Positions 24,041 to 37,667 of a DNA stretch of 40,267 bases are shown here, one piece after another. Location of the stretch: contig NC_068982.1 of the NCBI RefSeq assembly GCF_001194135.2, positions 79,636,453 to 79,676,719 on the forward strand, in the 5' to 3' direction. Under the pieces are notes generated by a model. The model did no database searches, had not been told where the DNA came from, and saw only the letters and a program-made list of their open reading frames with translations. Source of the stretch: Octopus bimaculoides. Taxonomy: Eukaryota. A program made the translations under genes and the position numbers. Every line of letters starts with the position of its first letter. Positions within the stretch are counted from its first letter, which is position 1.

Positions 24041-25849
24041 TGGCGAAACTATGTGTATATGCGCCCGGAAAAGAAATGATTTACAAGGCCATCGTTGGCA
24101 TGAATGGGGCCACAGTAACTTACATCTCAATGACCTTCAAGATAAGATACACAAATCACCTGAATTTGTTGAGAGGAAAGAAACAAAAAAAGACATGCAA
24201 CATCTTTGTTTTGTACGATATGGAACCTTAAACATAGGAATGTAAACAATCCCCAAATAACTTACAACATCATAGCTACAGTTAGCAAATATAAGGGTCG
24301 AGGCAGCAACTACAATTTCTGTACTTCATAGAAATTAAAAATAACTTCTTTTCCATGCACAAGCGATAGTTTAAGCTGCAAACTTTCAAGAGTGACTTCT
24401 TGTTGACCTCACTTTCTATCAAGCCAAGAAAAATTAAGATATAATATAAATTTAAGATATATATTTGCATAATATGCATCATAAACATACACTCAGTATT
24501 CAACCACAGGAACTCGTGCTTGAATTCTAAACCATATGACATACGTATAACATATATGCAACACATATACAAGATAGTATACGAATATATTATGAAATTA
24601 CGTAAAATGATTGTAACGTATGCACATACATCCAGAAAAGTACAGCCGTATGGTATATGTATGCCTTTATATCTATGGAGGCATGTGAATGCTCTCATAA
24701 AATACACTTACTGTATTGAACACGAAATTCGCGAGCTTTTTACTAATACTTGCAGAAAACCAAGGCCAACGCTAGAAAAATAAAAATTAAAGAAATCCTT
24801 ACATGTGTTTCCGCCCCTTACATGTAGATATATTAAGCGAAGAAACGTTTTAAAATCTAGTAAAAATCGTGTATTCTTAGGTTATCTAATATGGAAGCTG
24901 ATAACTAACCTTTTTAAGTAGAACTCTTGAATAATTGTGGAATTACCCGCATGAAACCAGAAAACATTGTTAATCCACAAGTAAACGATATATTTTGTAC
25001 ATATATTTTTTCTTTAATTGGCAGAAGTTACAAAGTGATACAAGAGCCAAGAGTTTCATGCACTGGAGTTTTTTAAACTGGTTCATTTAAAATGGGAGAC
25101 TTGTAAAGTTCCCAAAAATTGTAAAGTCACGTGAATAATGTATCATTCATATTTATCATTGCTGTTGGTCTTTATAAATTACGCCACCCTGATCTGAAAC
25201 CACTTTAAAGAATGCCGGTGCACCAAACTCTCAGTGAGTGAGTCACTTTGTGACTTCTATAGATTTATCAAATATATATATATAAACTCATGTTTTGACT
25301 CCTATGTTCCTGTTTGTAATACCAGATCTGCTAGGCACACACACTTACACACATACACGCACGAACGCGCACACAAACACACACACACACACACACACAT
25401 ATACATGTGTATGTGTGTGAAGAGAAAGTCTAAAAAACAACAATAACAACTGTGGTGTCTGGCATGATGTATTCTATACAGACTCAAGTCTGAGTTTGTT
25501 TGCTATTAATTGAATATTTCTCAGGTGATCATGATCGAATCATATATATANNNNNNNNNNNNNNNNNNNNNNNNNNNNNNNNNNNNNNNNNNNNNNNNNN
25601 NNNNNNNNNNNNNNNNNNNNNNNNNNNNNNNNNNNNNNNNNNNNNNNNNNNNNNNNNNNNNNNNNNNNNNNNNNNNNNNNNNNNNNNNNNNNNNNNNNNN
25701 NNNNNNNNNNNNNNNNNNNNNNNNNNNNNNNNNNNNNNNNNNNNNNNNNNNNNNNNNNNNNNNNNNNNNNNNNNNNNNATATACACACATACATAACGTA
25801 AGAAAAAGTGAATACAATTTTTAAAAAAATATCAGAGGTTACACAAATA

Positions 25850-25896
25850 GTAATAATAATACTAAAATGATTATGATGATGATAACATCAGTAATG

Positions 25897-25972
<76 letters not shown>

Positions 25973-25994
25973 CGACAACAACAACAACACCAAA

Positions 25995-26035
<41 letters not shown>

Positions 26036-26195
26036 GAATAACGAAAAAATAGCAATAATAACAGTAACTATAATCAAAAGCTGTGAAGTCAATTCAGCAC
26101 ATTGAATATTCAATACGATATATTGAACAATAGATCAGAACAGTTCACGTTTTTTTTTTACAAAGTTATATCGTCTTTCCACGTTTCTCTTTCTG

Positions 26196-26227
<32 letters not shown>

Positions 26228-26579
26228 ACTCTGTTTCTCTCTCTCTCTCTCTCTCTCTGTCTATATCTATCACTTTCTATTCCCCTTTTTCTTTCTCTGT
26301 TTCGTAGTCTCTCAATCTGTATCAATATCCGTCTTTTCCTACCTATGTCGCTTATACATATGCCTACATGTGTGTGTGAGTGTATATACACACTTACAGA
26401 GACACACACACACACGCACATACACACACACACACACACATAAATGTACACTTGCTTATATATTTAGTTACGCAAACATTTCAACCACCCACTCGTGTAT
26501 ATATAGATATATATATGTATATATATGTATATATATATATATTAATTTGTGTATATATCTATGTATATATATATGTATA

Positions 26580-26620
<41 letters not shown>

Positions 26621-26780
26621 ATACATACATACATACATACATACATACACACTTACGCATACACATATAGATATGAATAAGCATATGTTTATGCTTTGTG
26701 TCTGTGTGCCGAGAGACAAAGAGAGAGAAAGCTAGAGAGAGAGAGAGGGAGGGACAAGCAGACAGGCAGACAGATAGAGT
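25850..26780. repeat. (ATA)n/(ACA)n/(ACT)n, (CT)n, (CA)n and (TA)n microsatellites
   Basis: Direct inspection. Confidence 0.9.
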
Positions 26781-27314
26781 GAGATATAAATATAAACGCT
26801 GTAAGGCTACAGAAAATATGAATCGATCAATATTTACGTTCGCACAACATCCCCACTACGTCCCTGACCTATCTGTTTTGACGTCACTATGCCAGAGTGA
26901 GTGACCAACAGCAAGACAGTCTCTACTGACAAACAATTGGTCGTAGTTTAAGGTTTAATGACCAGTGAGAATTAATACAGAACATTGACCTGAAAACGAG
27001 GCTCACATGAAACGTGTTATTACGATGTAGAATCACCATCATGTCTATGGTCCGGACTTGCTTTCATATTCTATCGCATTCTGAAAAAAAAAAAATAGCA
27101 ACAAAAGCAGAACTATTTCATTGATTGATTGTAATGTACTAAACTAAAATCTTGAGTGTACATTCGTACAAGATTTAGTGAACTGGTTTTGATTATGCTG
27201 TGTTCTAGTAACCTAAGTACTTTGGTCAGAGACGCTGGAATCGTCAGTCGCCGGCTGAAAACACGGGGCCTCAAAATAGTTTAACAGGATTCTCGGTAAC
27301 AAAATAAAAATATA

Positions 27315-28255
27315 GTTAGTATTGATAATGTTCATGTCGATTATGTCAATGTAACTGGTGACGTTAACGTTCATGTTGGTTATGATAATGTCGCTGGTAT
27401 TGATAATGTTCGTGTTGGCTATGTTAATCAGGCTGGTGTTAATAATGTTCATGTTGGCTATGATATCGCTGGTGTTTAAAATGTTCATGCTGGCTATTCT
27501 AATGAGGTTAGTATTGATAATATTCCTGTTGACTATGATAATGTATTTAGTCTTGATAATGTTCATGTTAGTTATGATAATGCATTTAGTCTTGATAATT
27601 TTCATGTTAGCTATGATAATGTTGCTGGGGTTGATACTCTTCATGTTAGCTATGATAATGTCGCTGGTGTTGATAATGTTCATATTGGTTATGATAATGT
27701 ACTTAGTCTTGATAATGTTCATGTTGGCTATGATAATGTTACTAGTGTTGATAATGTTCCTGTTGGTTATTATGATATACATAGTCTTGATAATGCTCAT
27801 ATTGGCTATGATAATGTGGTTGCGTTAAAAATGTTTATGTTGACTATGACAGTGTGACTAGTGGTGTAATGTTCATGTTGGCTATGATTATATAGCTGGT
27901 GGTGATAATATTCATCACTGTTATGATAATGTGGTTGGTGTTGATAAAAGTTCATGTTGGCTATGATAATGTCGGTGGTGCTGATAATGTTCATGTTCGC
28001 TATGATGATGTCGGTGGTGTTGATAATCTTCATGTTGGCTATGATAATGTCGCTGGTGCTGTTACTGTTCATGCTGGCTATGATAATGTCGCTGGTGCTG
28101 TTACTGTTCATGCTAGCTATGATAATGTCGCTGGTGCTGTTACTGTTACTGTTCATGCTGGCTATGATAATGTGGTTGAGGCTGATAATATTCATGTTGG
28201 CTATGATAATGTGGCTGGTGTTGATAATGTTCATGTTGGCTATGATAATGTGGCT
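27315..28255. repeat. 39-bp minisatellite, about 24 diverged units
   Basis: Consensus gttggctatgataatgtcgctggtgttgataatgttcat, giving 13-aa periodicity in the ORF track (MLAMIMSLVLIMF and VHVGYDNVAGVDN). Confidence 0.9.
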
Positions 28256-28499
28256 CTTGGTAACTGTGATAATGTAGCCAGTGTGTAGTCTTTATGGTGA
28301 TAATTTCTATGATGACTGCTGGTTATCGTTATGTTGCGGATAGTGGTATTGGTGTTGCTGTTGATGATGGTGGTGGTGGTGGTGATGATAGATGGGGCGG
28401 TTGCCAAGATGACGGCGCTATATTGCTCTGAATGTGTTGGTGCGATAAAAACTACAGTATCAACCATGAAATAATATAAAACAAAAAAAAACGCATAAA

Positions 28500-29055
28500 A
28501 AAACAAAAACAAAAAAAAAACAAATTCGCATCAAAAACACAAAAAAAGCAGGCATGTCTTAAACAAACACAAATAAATGAATTTTGGAACAAAATCTAAA
28601 AAAGACGAGAAAAAGATTTTAAAATATTACAATAAACAACAACAGTAATAAAAACAACATCAACAAGAATAACAATAAATAGCAACAAACATAGCAACAC
28701 ATAAACAACAAACGGATATAGAAAGAGAAGAGAGTAAAAGATCACAGAGTAAGATAACAACAACAACAACAACAACAACAACAATAACAGCAGCAGCAGC
28801 GGCACAAACACCAATAACAACTACAACATAAACACTGGCAGCAATATCTTTAGTCTTCAAAACAACTCCCGTGTTATTGCTACGACCAAACAACATCAAC
28901 AACATAACCACTATCTTCACCAGCACCAATACATCTCTTGGTAGCAAACACCGACAACAGTGACACTCCTATCATGATGATCATCATCATCATCATAAGC
29001 TATGCCTGGAGCACCACCTCCGTCACCACCACTGCAGCTGCTGCTGCTGCTGCTG

Positions 29056-29111
<56 letters not shown>

Positions 29112-30120
29112 GCTAGCACTTTTGCCGCTACCACCAACACCACCACCACTACGGACAAAACTACCACTACCACAATCGTTATCATCGCCATCGTTACCAC
29201 CGTGTCCACCGATACAGTTATTATCATCATCATCATCATTTTCACTGCAACTAACACCCCCCCTTACCACTACCACCACCACCACCAAACCACCACTATC
29301 ACCAATACCACCACCACCACCAAACCACCACTATCACCAATACCACCACCACCACCACTACCACCACAAACACCACTACTGCAATCGTCACCACCACGAT
29401 CACCACTACTACCACTGCCACCNNNNNNNNNNNNNNNNNNNNNNNNNNNNNNNNNNNNNNNNNNNNNNNNNNNNNNNNNNNNNNNNNNNNNNNNNNNNNN
29501 NNNNNNNNNNNNNNNNNNNNNNNNNNNNNNNNNNNNNNNNNNNNNNNGACACCTGCAAAAGGAGGGGCAACACCACCAAAACCACCACCACCACCACCAC
29601 CACTAACACTGTCATCAGAAATGCGATGGACACCTGCAAAAGGAGGGGCAACACCACCAAAACCACCACCACCACCACCACCACAACCAACACCACTACC
29701 ACTAGCATTACTACCACCAACACTACTATCAATACTAATACCACCATACCACAAACAACAGCATAAACAACATTCGCAGTGGTACAGAACACGACTAGAA
29801 AATAGCAGCAACACCACTTCACTAACACCACCACCACCAACAACAACAACAATGGCATCACCAATATCATCAGCACCACAATAACAACAACAATAATAAT
29901 ATCAATAACAACAACATCACTAACAATCACATGCACAATAAAAACAACACGGCAAACAACAACAGAAAGAATAACGAAAATAAATACTGAAAGACATCGA
30001 ATAAAGTACCACCTCCACCACCCCCACCTTCAACAACAACAACAACAACAAAAAAAAACATCAATAACAACAATAACAGCAACAACAATAACAATAAGGA
30101 TAATAACAACAACAACAATG

Positions 30121-30171
<51 letters not shown>

Positions 30172-31620
30172 GAAAGAACGAAAATAAGACCAACAATTAG
30201 AAGAACAAACAAACGATTAGAGAGAGCGTCGAAAAAAAAACCCCAGTAATATTGATAATAACAATAGCAATAATAATAGTAAACAGGAAGAAGGGAAAAA
30301 ACAAGGACGCGAACAAAGGTAAAAAACAAAAAAAAAAACAAAAAAAAAAGAACATGAAGAATAACGATAAAAACAAGGAAAATATGACTAAATTAATACT
30401 CCAACTGTAACGACATACACCAGGACTACTACTACTACTACTACTAAATGCCTACAGAAAAACACAATTGTTACAATATACGTCACTACTATCAACAACG
30501 GCGGCGCCAATAACACTACAAACGAATGCAACCACCAGCACCACCACTGCACCAGCCATGACCACCACCATCACCACTACGAGTACCACCTTTGCCACCA
30601 ATGCCGCTGGCGACACCATCATTACAGTCACCACCGACCTAGCGGGTCACCTCTACCACCACCTCAATCTCCACCACCACCACCACCACCTCCACCACCA
30701 CCAAAACTACTACCACCACCACCACCACCACCACCNNNNNNNNNNNNNNNNNNNNNNNNNNNNNNNNNNNNNNNNNNNNNNNNNNNNNNNNNNNNNNNNN
30801 NNNNNNNNNNNNNNNNNNNNNNNNNNNNNNNNNNNNNNNNNNNNNNNNNNNNNNNNNNNNNNNNNNNNNNNNNNNNNNNNNNNNNNNNNNNNNNNNNNNN
30901 NNNNNNNNNNNNNNNNNNNNNNNNNNNNNNNNNNNNNNNNNNNNNNNNNNNNNNNNNNNNNNNNNNNNNNNNNNNNNNNNNNNNNNNNNNNNNNNNNNNN
31001 NNNNNNNNNNNNNNNNNNNNNNNNNNNNNNNNNNNNNNNNNNNNNNNNNNNNNNNNNNNNNNNNNNNNNNNNNNNNNNNNNNNNNNNNNNNNNNNNNNNN
31101 NNNNNNNNNNNNNNNNNNNNNNNNNNNNNNNNNNNNNNNNNNNNNNNNNNNNNNNNNNNNNNNNNNNNNNNNNNNNNNNNNNNNNNNNNNNNNNNNNNNN
31201 NNNNNNNNNNNNNNNNNNNNNNNNNNNNNNNNNNNNNNNNNNNNNNNNNNNNNNNNNNNNNNNNNNNNNNNNNNNNNNNNNNNNNNNNNNNNNNNNNNNN
31301 NNNNNNNNNNNNNNNNNNNNNNNNNNNNNNNNNNNNNNNNNNNNNNNNNNNNNNNNNNNNNNNNNNNNNNNNNNNNNNNNNNNNNNNNNNNNNNNNNNNN
31401 NNNNNNNNNNNNNNNNNNNNNNNNNNNNNNNNNNNNNNNNNNNNNNNNNNNNNNNNNNNNNNNNNNNNNNNNNNNNNNNNNNNNNNNNNNNNNNNNNNNN
31501 NNNNNNNNNNACCACCACCACCACCACCACCACCACCAATAAAAACATTGACACAACGAACAACGCTTATTGCAAGGAAAATAATGGCGATAAACAAGCA
31601 AATAAACTGCAGCAACAAGA
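28500..31620. repeat. 3-kb degenerate (AAC/CAC/TAC/AAT)n mosaic with gaps 29423-29547 and 30736-31510
   Basis: Direct inspection. Confidence 0.9.
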
Positions 31621-32112
31621 AGAAGAAGAAGAAACACATCCTGGACAGCAATATGTTTGCGAAGAAAAGGATACATTAGATAGTATTATCCAAGGTACAT
31701 TATGTCTGGAGTAGAGGCTGGATGGTCAGAACTGGTTGACTGATACTTTTGATCATGAGTTTGATCGATCGGGACCGACTAAGAAAGTGCGTATGCGTGT
31801 GTATGTGTATGTGCGTATGTGTATGTATGTGTGTATGTGTGTGAGTGTGCTGAACAACAATAACGACAGCAACAATAAGTATAACAACAATAACGGTAAT
31901 AACAATGATGAATGCAACAACTGGTGCAAAAACAACGGCAACGATCAGAACTGCGAGTAGGAGACGAACAAAACAATAATACTCTGCTGCAACTAATGTA
32001 ATATACTAACATAATTAGTCCTGTTGTAAAATAGGGACGGATGTTACTAGGAATGGAAAGAAAATATCCAAAATCCAGCTAAAAATAACTTTCCTTTCTG
32101 GCTAAAATATGT

Positions 32113-32395
<283 letters not shown>

Positions 32396-32454
32396 TAAGG
32401 GATAGCAGTGTGCATCATCGCTGGGATAGTAGAAACATTAACATTGTGTAACTG

Positions 32455-32545
32455 ATTTTAAATTTTGAGACAAGGCCAAGTTCGGGGAAAGGTGTTAAGT
32501 TAATTATATCGACCCCGAAAGGATGAAAAGCAAAGTCGATCTTAC
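32455..32545 (-). mobile_element. SINE family B internal/3' fragment
   Basis: aaattttgagacaaggcc...tatcgaccccgaaaggatgaaaagcaaagtcgatc. Confidence 0.7.
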
Positions 32546-32779
32546 TAAATTTGTGTTATTAATGAATGATTTGTTAATTATGAAGTTGTGTCTAGCGAGG
32601 CATCCAGATGACAATATCTATTTAGTAAACAGGAAGTGATGCCATAGAAGCATGTCGAGAAGAAAGAACCACTCCCTAGAATATTTCAACAGGCCCTGAT
32701 CTGTTAATCAAATGGTATCAACGTATTTGTTTGCCAATCAGAGCAGCAAACATACGAGATTTGGCTGAAACGTTGATAG

Positions 32780-33925
32780 GCTGACCAAGATACTCTCAAG
32801 GAATGTGAGGAAAGGCCCCATGCAGTCCACACACTTCTCCCATCAGTGTTGCAGTGCTTGGATCCCATTGGTAAAGAAGCTTTCATCCTCTTGACCAAAT
32901 GAGTCGTAAATAACCGATATGACGTCATCATCACTGCGGTACTCGCTCCCAGCTAAATGTTTTTCCATGTTGGTGAATAGATGATAGCCAGATAAAGACA
33001 AATCAGGAGCATAAGGAGAGTAATCAACCAGTTCATTGCCACAGTCATGCACAACAAGCATTGAAACTAAGGACCTACGTGCTGGAGTATTGTCCTGAGG
33101 AAGCAAGATCTCTTTCGTCAATTTTCCTGATCTTGATAGCCTTTCGTAACCGTTTCAGCAAGTAGGCATAGTAGTCGCCATTGATAAGCACAATGCCTTT
33201 TGCAGCCTCAAAAGATGAAGCCATCATGTTCCCTGCAGATTAAACGACCTTGACCTTTGAAGCAGTTGAAGAGGGAGTGTTTCCACTGCATGGATTGTCT
33301 CTTTGTCTCTGGCTCAAAGCGATTAAGCCAACACTCTTCCTGGATTGGGAAACGTTCAAGGAAACCAGCTTGATTTACCTGAAACGATGTCAGATTTTCC
33401 TGTAATGTGGTTAGCCTGGTGTGCTTTGATTAGGTGTCACGAGACATGAGACCCACCGAGCAGAAACATTCCTCATGCGAAGCTCATTGTGCAGAATATT
33501 CTCAACACTCTCACGGGATGGGCTAATAGCATTGGCTATTGAGTTTATAGACAATCGTCTGTCATCCTTCACCATGTTATGAACATGATCACCGTTTTCT
33601 TCGGCGGTGGCAGCTGATGGATCCCCAGACCTTGGGTCAACTTCTAGACTCCCCCTCCACTCCAAAATTCAGCTGCCTAGTTTTGCACTGTTGATGAAGC
33701 TGGAACGTCATCCCCTAATGTAGCAACCATGTCAGCATGAATGTCCTTGAGGGCTAAGCTCCTTTTCAGCGAGTACCTCATAACGCCAGGATACCAAACT
33801 TTGTCCATTTTCAAAAGGAGTTGCTAATAGTTACTTTTGAAGTCTTTGAGCAGTCAGATATCAGTTTATTTGAGAAAAACAAAAACAATGCAGTTATTAA
33901 TAAGACGAGTTGAAATTAATACACG
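32780..33925 (-). mobile_element. Decayed mariner (DD34D) DNA transposon with a transposase pseudogene (ATG at 33808)
   Basis: The minus strand reads MDKVWY...DIHADMVATLGDD, LEVDPRSG, VSARWVSCLVT (WVPxxL motif), QEECW...FEPETKRQSMQW, QDNTPA...YSPYAPDLSLSGYHLF (YSPDLAPSDY motif), and WEKCVDC. There are 34 residues between the D of QDN and the third catalytic position, now G. Stops and frameshifts are present and no TIRs are visible. Confidence 0.92.
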
Positions 33926-36471
33926 GTTCTATAGGATATACAATTAGACTCACATAGGATACATGGTCAACTCTAAAGATAATTATCGCTTCCACCAGAG
34001 GCGGTAGAAACTGTATAATTAACAAGTGTTTTATTACTTTGAAGTTGTGTGTAGCATAGTGTCCAAGGGACTATTTATTTAATAAACAGGAAGTGATTTA
34101 TTAAAACACAGACACAAAGGACTTCCGAAAAAGCAAGTAGAAACACCTACACAGAAAAAACAGCAGCAACAGTAGCAGCAGTAATAACCAACTTCGTTTT
34201 CACTAAATACTGTGCTGAGATGCCCACAACCAATAACAATGTGTTAAAGAAAATTGTCACTCTTTAATTAATGGAGTCCATTTTCTTTATCTCAGAACCA
34301 CGTGGTATATTGCCAGAGACTGAACAGTTGGTGTTATATGTCTGTACTACCAAAACTAGAAACCACTCGAGGCTGGTGGAGACTGTGGGGGTGTTTTAAC
34401 GAATGGTCATATAGGAGGTCTCTAAGACTGTATTTGTGGATGGCACACTTCTGGGATCTTTTCTGTTTGGTTGCCAGCGGCTGCCAGCGACAATTTTCTG
34501 TTCGAATTGATTTCAGATTCAGTGTAATGATACACTTTTATAGCCGAATTAATGACGTGAAAGTAATTTTCGCTATAAATCAATAAATAAAGAGTTATTA
34601 ATAATTACAGTTAGAAAATTTGGGTAATTTTAGCCAATCGTAAGCCACAGACACATTCATGTCCGTTTCGATAGTAAGATGAGAACTCTTTTGCCTGATG
34701 CTATAGTAATAGTCTTTGAAAAGTCTCCGAGGAAGCACCTATTGACAGCAATCTTGTTTGCTCGTTTCCTTTTGTCCTTGAGCATTGGGGTGGTTGTGAG
34801 GTGTGCTAAAAATAACAGCTAAATAAGATTTTTCAATAAATTATAGTTTATTTGCCAACATCTCGAGATTTAAAACTGTTTTTCTCTTTTAAATTAACAT
34901 AAACATTTATTTACATGAAAGAAAATTACCGAAGAGTTTTCGTGCTAAAAATAACAGCTAAATAAGATTTCTTTACATGAAATAAAATTACCGGAGACAT
35001 AAAACGTGTTGTTTACAAATATTAACAACGTACTATTTTCAGAATGTTGACTGTGCGTTTACCACCCCCATCTAACAAAGATATGTTTAACAGAAAGCAA
35101 TTTCGTTTTTTATTTCTTTTCTTTTTTTGCTTTTATCTTCCTGACCACTGCTGCACAATTAAATGTTTTGCGATGACATAAGATCATCACACCATCTTGA
35201 AAATATTTGCCCTTCTTTTTATATAATCCTTGCATAAATTTGGATTTCATAATTTCCGTGTGACACTCAGGACTTTCCTCGAGACAAAGAATCGAAACAC
35301 AAGATATAATACAAAAAAAAAAAAAGAAACTATTTTATTTTACGCAGCCATTTGTGTGGTGCTAGTGATGTTAGGCTGATAGCACTGGTGTCTTCGTGGA
35401 GCTAATGTTTTACCATTCCCACAGCACCAGTTACCATTATGGTTTAAAATGGTTCACATTGTGTGCTTCTCATCGAAATGTTCGACAACCTGTAAAATGT
35501 CTGAGGCTTTTTACCATACTCTGCCCACCTTAGTCATTTTAAGGATTCGGATAATTAAATTTTATAATGTTTATGTCTATCATTAAAATATTAACGCCAC
35601 AATAAGGTAAGGGAATAAATAACTCAAATAGATCAATGGCATGAAGTAAAATAATTAAGTCAAAGGGAAATGAATTAAAATTTTTCTGGCGGCAATTCTT
35701 AGTGAGTTTTAAAAAATTGAAAACAATTTCAAGAAATTACGTATCAACTCTTTATGTTTAAAAGAAAAAAATTCTTATATTTGCAGACAAGGGGAACAAG
35801 TGTAGACAGGTTTTATTCCATTAGGCCTCATCAGTAGAGTACAGACTATTTAAACCAACCCAATCAGTTGTTACCGATTATTTTTACATATAAGAAAACA
35901 GTTACGAATAATCTTGGACTTGATAATTAGGATAATTGAAGATAAAATGAGTTAAGGGGAAGTAACACAAATGAAGCAATGAAAAAATATTTGTATCACC
36001 ACGTGAGCAACAAACTGAAAAGCTGAGTCACAAATGTGATCAACAATGCATTTCACTCAACTGTGTTCAAAGACGGCAATGATATATTTAGAAGAGCAAC
36101 TTTGACTGAACTCTCATGCAGATCAACGCCAATATTTTGCTTGTCTTAGAGGGCAGCACGTTGTTGGCACTCCAGCAAAGTTTGAAATTAGAATATAGGG
36201 TGGTCTAAAGTTTAAATGCATATGAGGAACATTTTCTTGTTTAGCTGCCTTTGAAATATAAGACGTTGGAATGTGTTTAGGAACGTTTATATTCCAGTGA
36301 AGCGACCCTTGGGTATTATTGGTACATACTTAATCTGACTTGACAGGTGAAAAAGAGTGTTAAATGTATATCAGGGACTGGAATTCAACTTGAATATGGG
36401 ATAATTTGTAAACAAAGAACAATGGACAGAGAACATTTGATGAAAAATTTAAATTTCATGGAAATTAAAGA

Positions 36472-36730
36472 CAGTGATTCCGAAATGGGGTCTATACGGC
36501 CTTTGGGGGGTCCCTATTAGATTTTGTTGTTAACATTTATCTGCCATGAATTCGTTATACTTCTACAAAACAGAAAATATTTTAATAATTATTTTATACA
36601 ATTTCTAAAAAGTTAACATCAAAAAAATATAATAGGGATTTTTTTAAACATCGAATGGCTAAGAGGGTCCATCTGAGTAAGATAGAAATCAAAGGGGTCC
36701 ATAGATAAAAAAAATGGTTGAGAAACATTG
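36472..36730. mobile_element. hAT-like MITE (decayed)
   Basis: Left end cagtgattccgaa; right end ...ggttgagaaacattg (reverse complement caatgtttctcaacc, similar to CAGTGGTTCTCAACC hAT-MITE termini). Subterminal ggggtcc motifs; AT-rich interior. The 8-bp flanks attaaaga and ctgaaagc match only 5/8. Confidence 0.55.
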
Positions 36731-37265
36731 CTGAAAGCTCTATGAAGTAGAAGCTAAATTAGTGAAACGATAAAAAAATCGGCAGCAAAGTACGAGCTTT
36801 TAATTTCAAATCTAATGCCGACAATTCATTTATGTTTCAGGGGAGGCTATTTTACTCTGTCCTTGTTCATTTAGTTGTAGAACAGACGGGTTTAGATAGC
36901 AATACTTCTAAGAAATGGTCAATAAGAGCCACTGTATATTCATACACGTCGCAAATCGCAATGGATCATGTAATTGAGAAATGTGTATGGTTTAAATATT
37001 TATCTGTGATACTAACGCATACCCATTATATGATAAATAATTGTAGAAGTAAACTATTATATCATAGGAAATACGAGAAAACATGGTTTACAAGGATTAT
37101 AATCTAACTTTTATAAATTTTTTAGTGCTTATAAAAATGATAAAAGGAATAGTAATATCCCCCCACAAAATATTTATTGTCTTAAAATAAAATTAAATAA
37201 AAGATAAGTTTTATTTTTATAATTGCAATAAATGTATATTATAATTTTCGTAAATTTTATTAATA

Positions 37266-37310
37266 TAGGTGCAAGCATGACGGTGTGATAAGAAATTTGC
37301 TTCCCAACTG
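37266..37310 (+). mobile_element. SINE family A tRNA-like head fragment
   Basis: ggtgcaagcatgacggtgtgataagaaatttgcttcccaac (A-box-like). Confidence 0.5.
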
Positions 37311-37624
37311 TTTCCATGTTAAATTAATTCAATTAGAGAAATTAGATTAAATTTAATTTAATTAAAATTTTCATACTGAAACTGGTTAAATGGCTATTTC
37401 ATCAGGGGGAGAATTTTCAGAAAGGAGTTTCATTCCAACAGGTTGGTCGACCATTGATATACTCAGATGTGTGCGTTTTGGTAATGTATGTATTTAATAA
37501 AAAAAGTTATGAGTATATATACTTACATATAAACAAATATGTATGGTATAATTGAGCGCGTTCATTTGTAACACATAATAGTTGTTATTGGTGGTGATAT
37601 TGCATTTAGGGTGAACTAGGTGTT

Positions 37625-37667
<43 letters not shown>

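Noticed and set aside
24282-24783. 141-aa and 87-aa ORFs in AT-rich DNA
   Set aside because: Composition follows the AT-rich, TA-repeat background; the candidate exon between the AG and GTAAGT contains stops.
27213-27260. Minus-strand CUGACGA...AAAGUACUU hammerhead-like string
   Set aside because: No GAAA, weak stem II, no stem I.
29621-29884. Pro-rich 87-aa ORF resembling a formin or extensin segment
   Set aside because: An (ACC)n read-through inside a trinucleotide mosaic.
34302-34586. 94-aa Trp-rich ORF after an acceptor-like site, and open frames on the opposite strand
   Set aside because: No recognisable motif or donor; cannot be supported without expression data.
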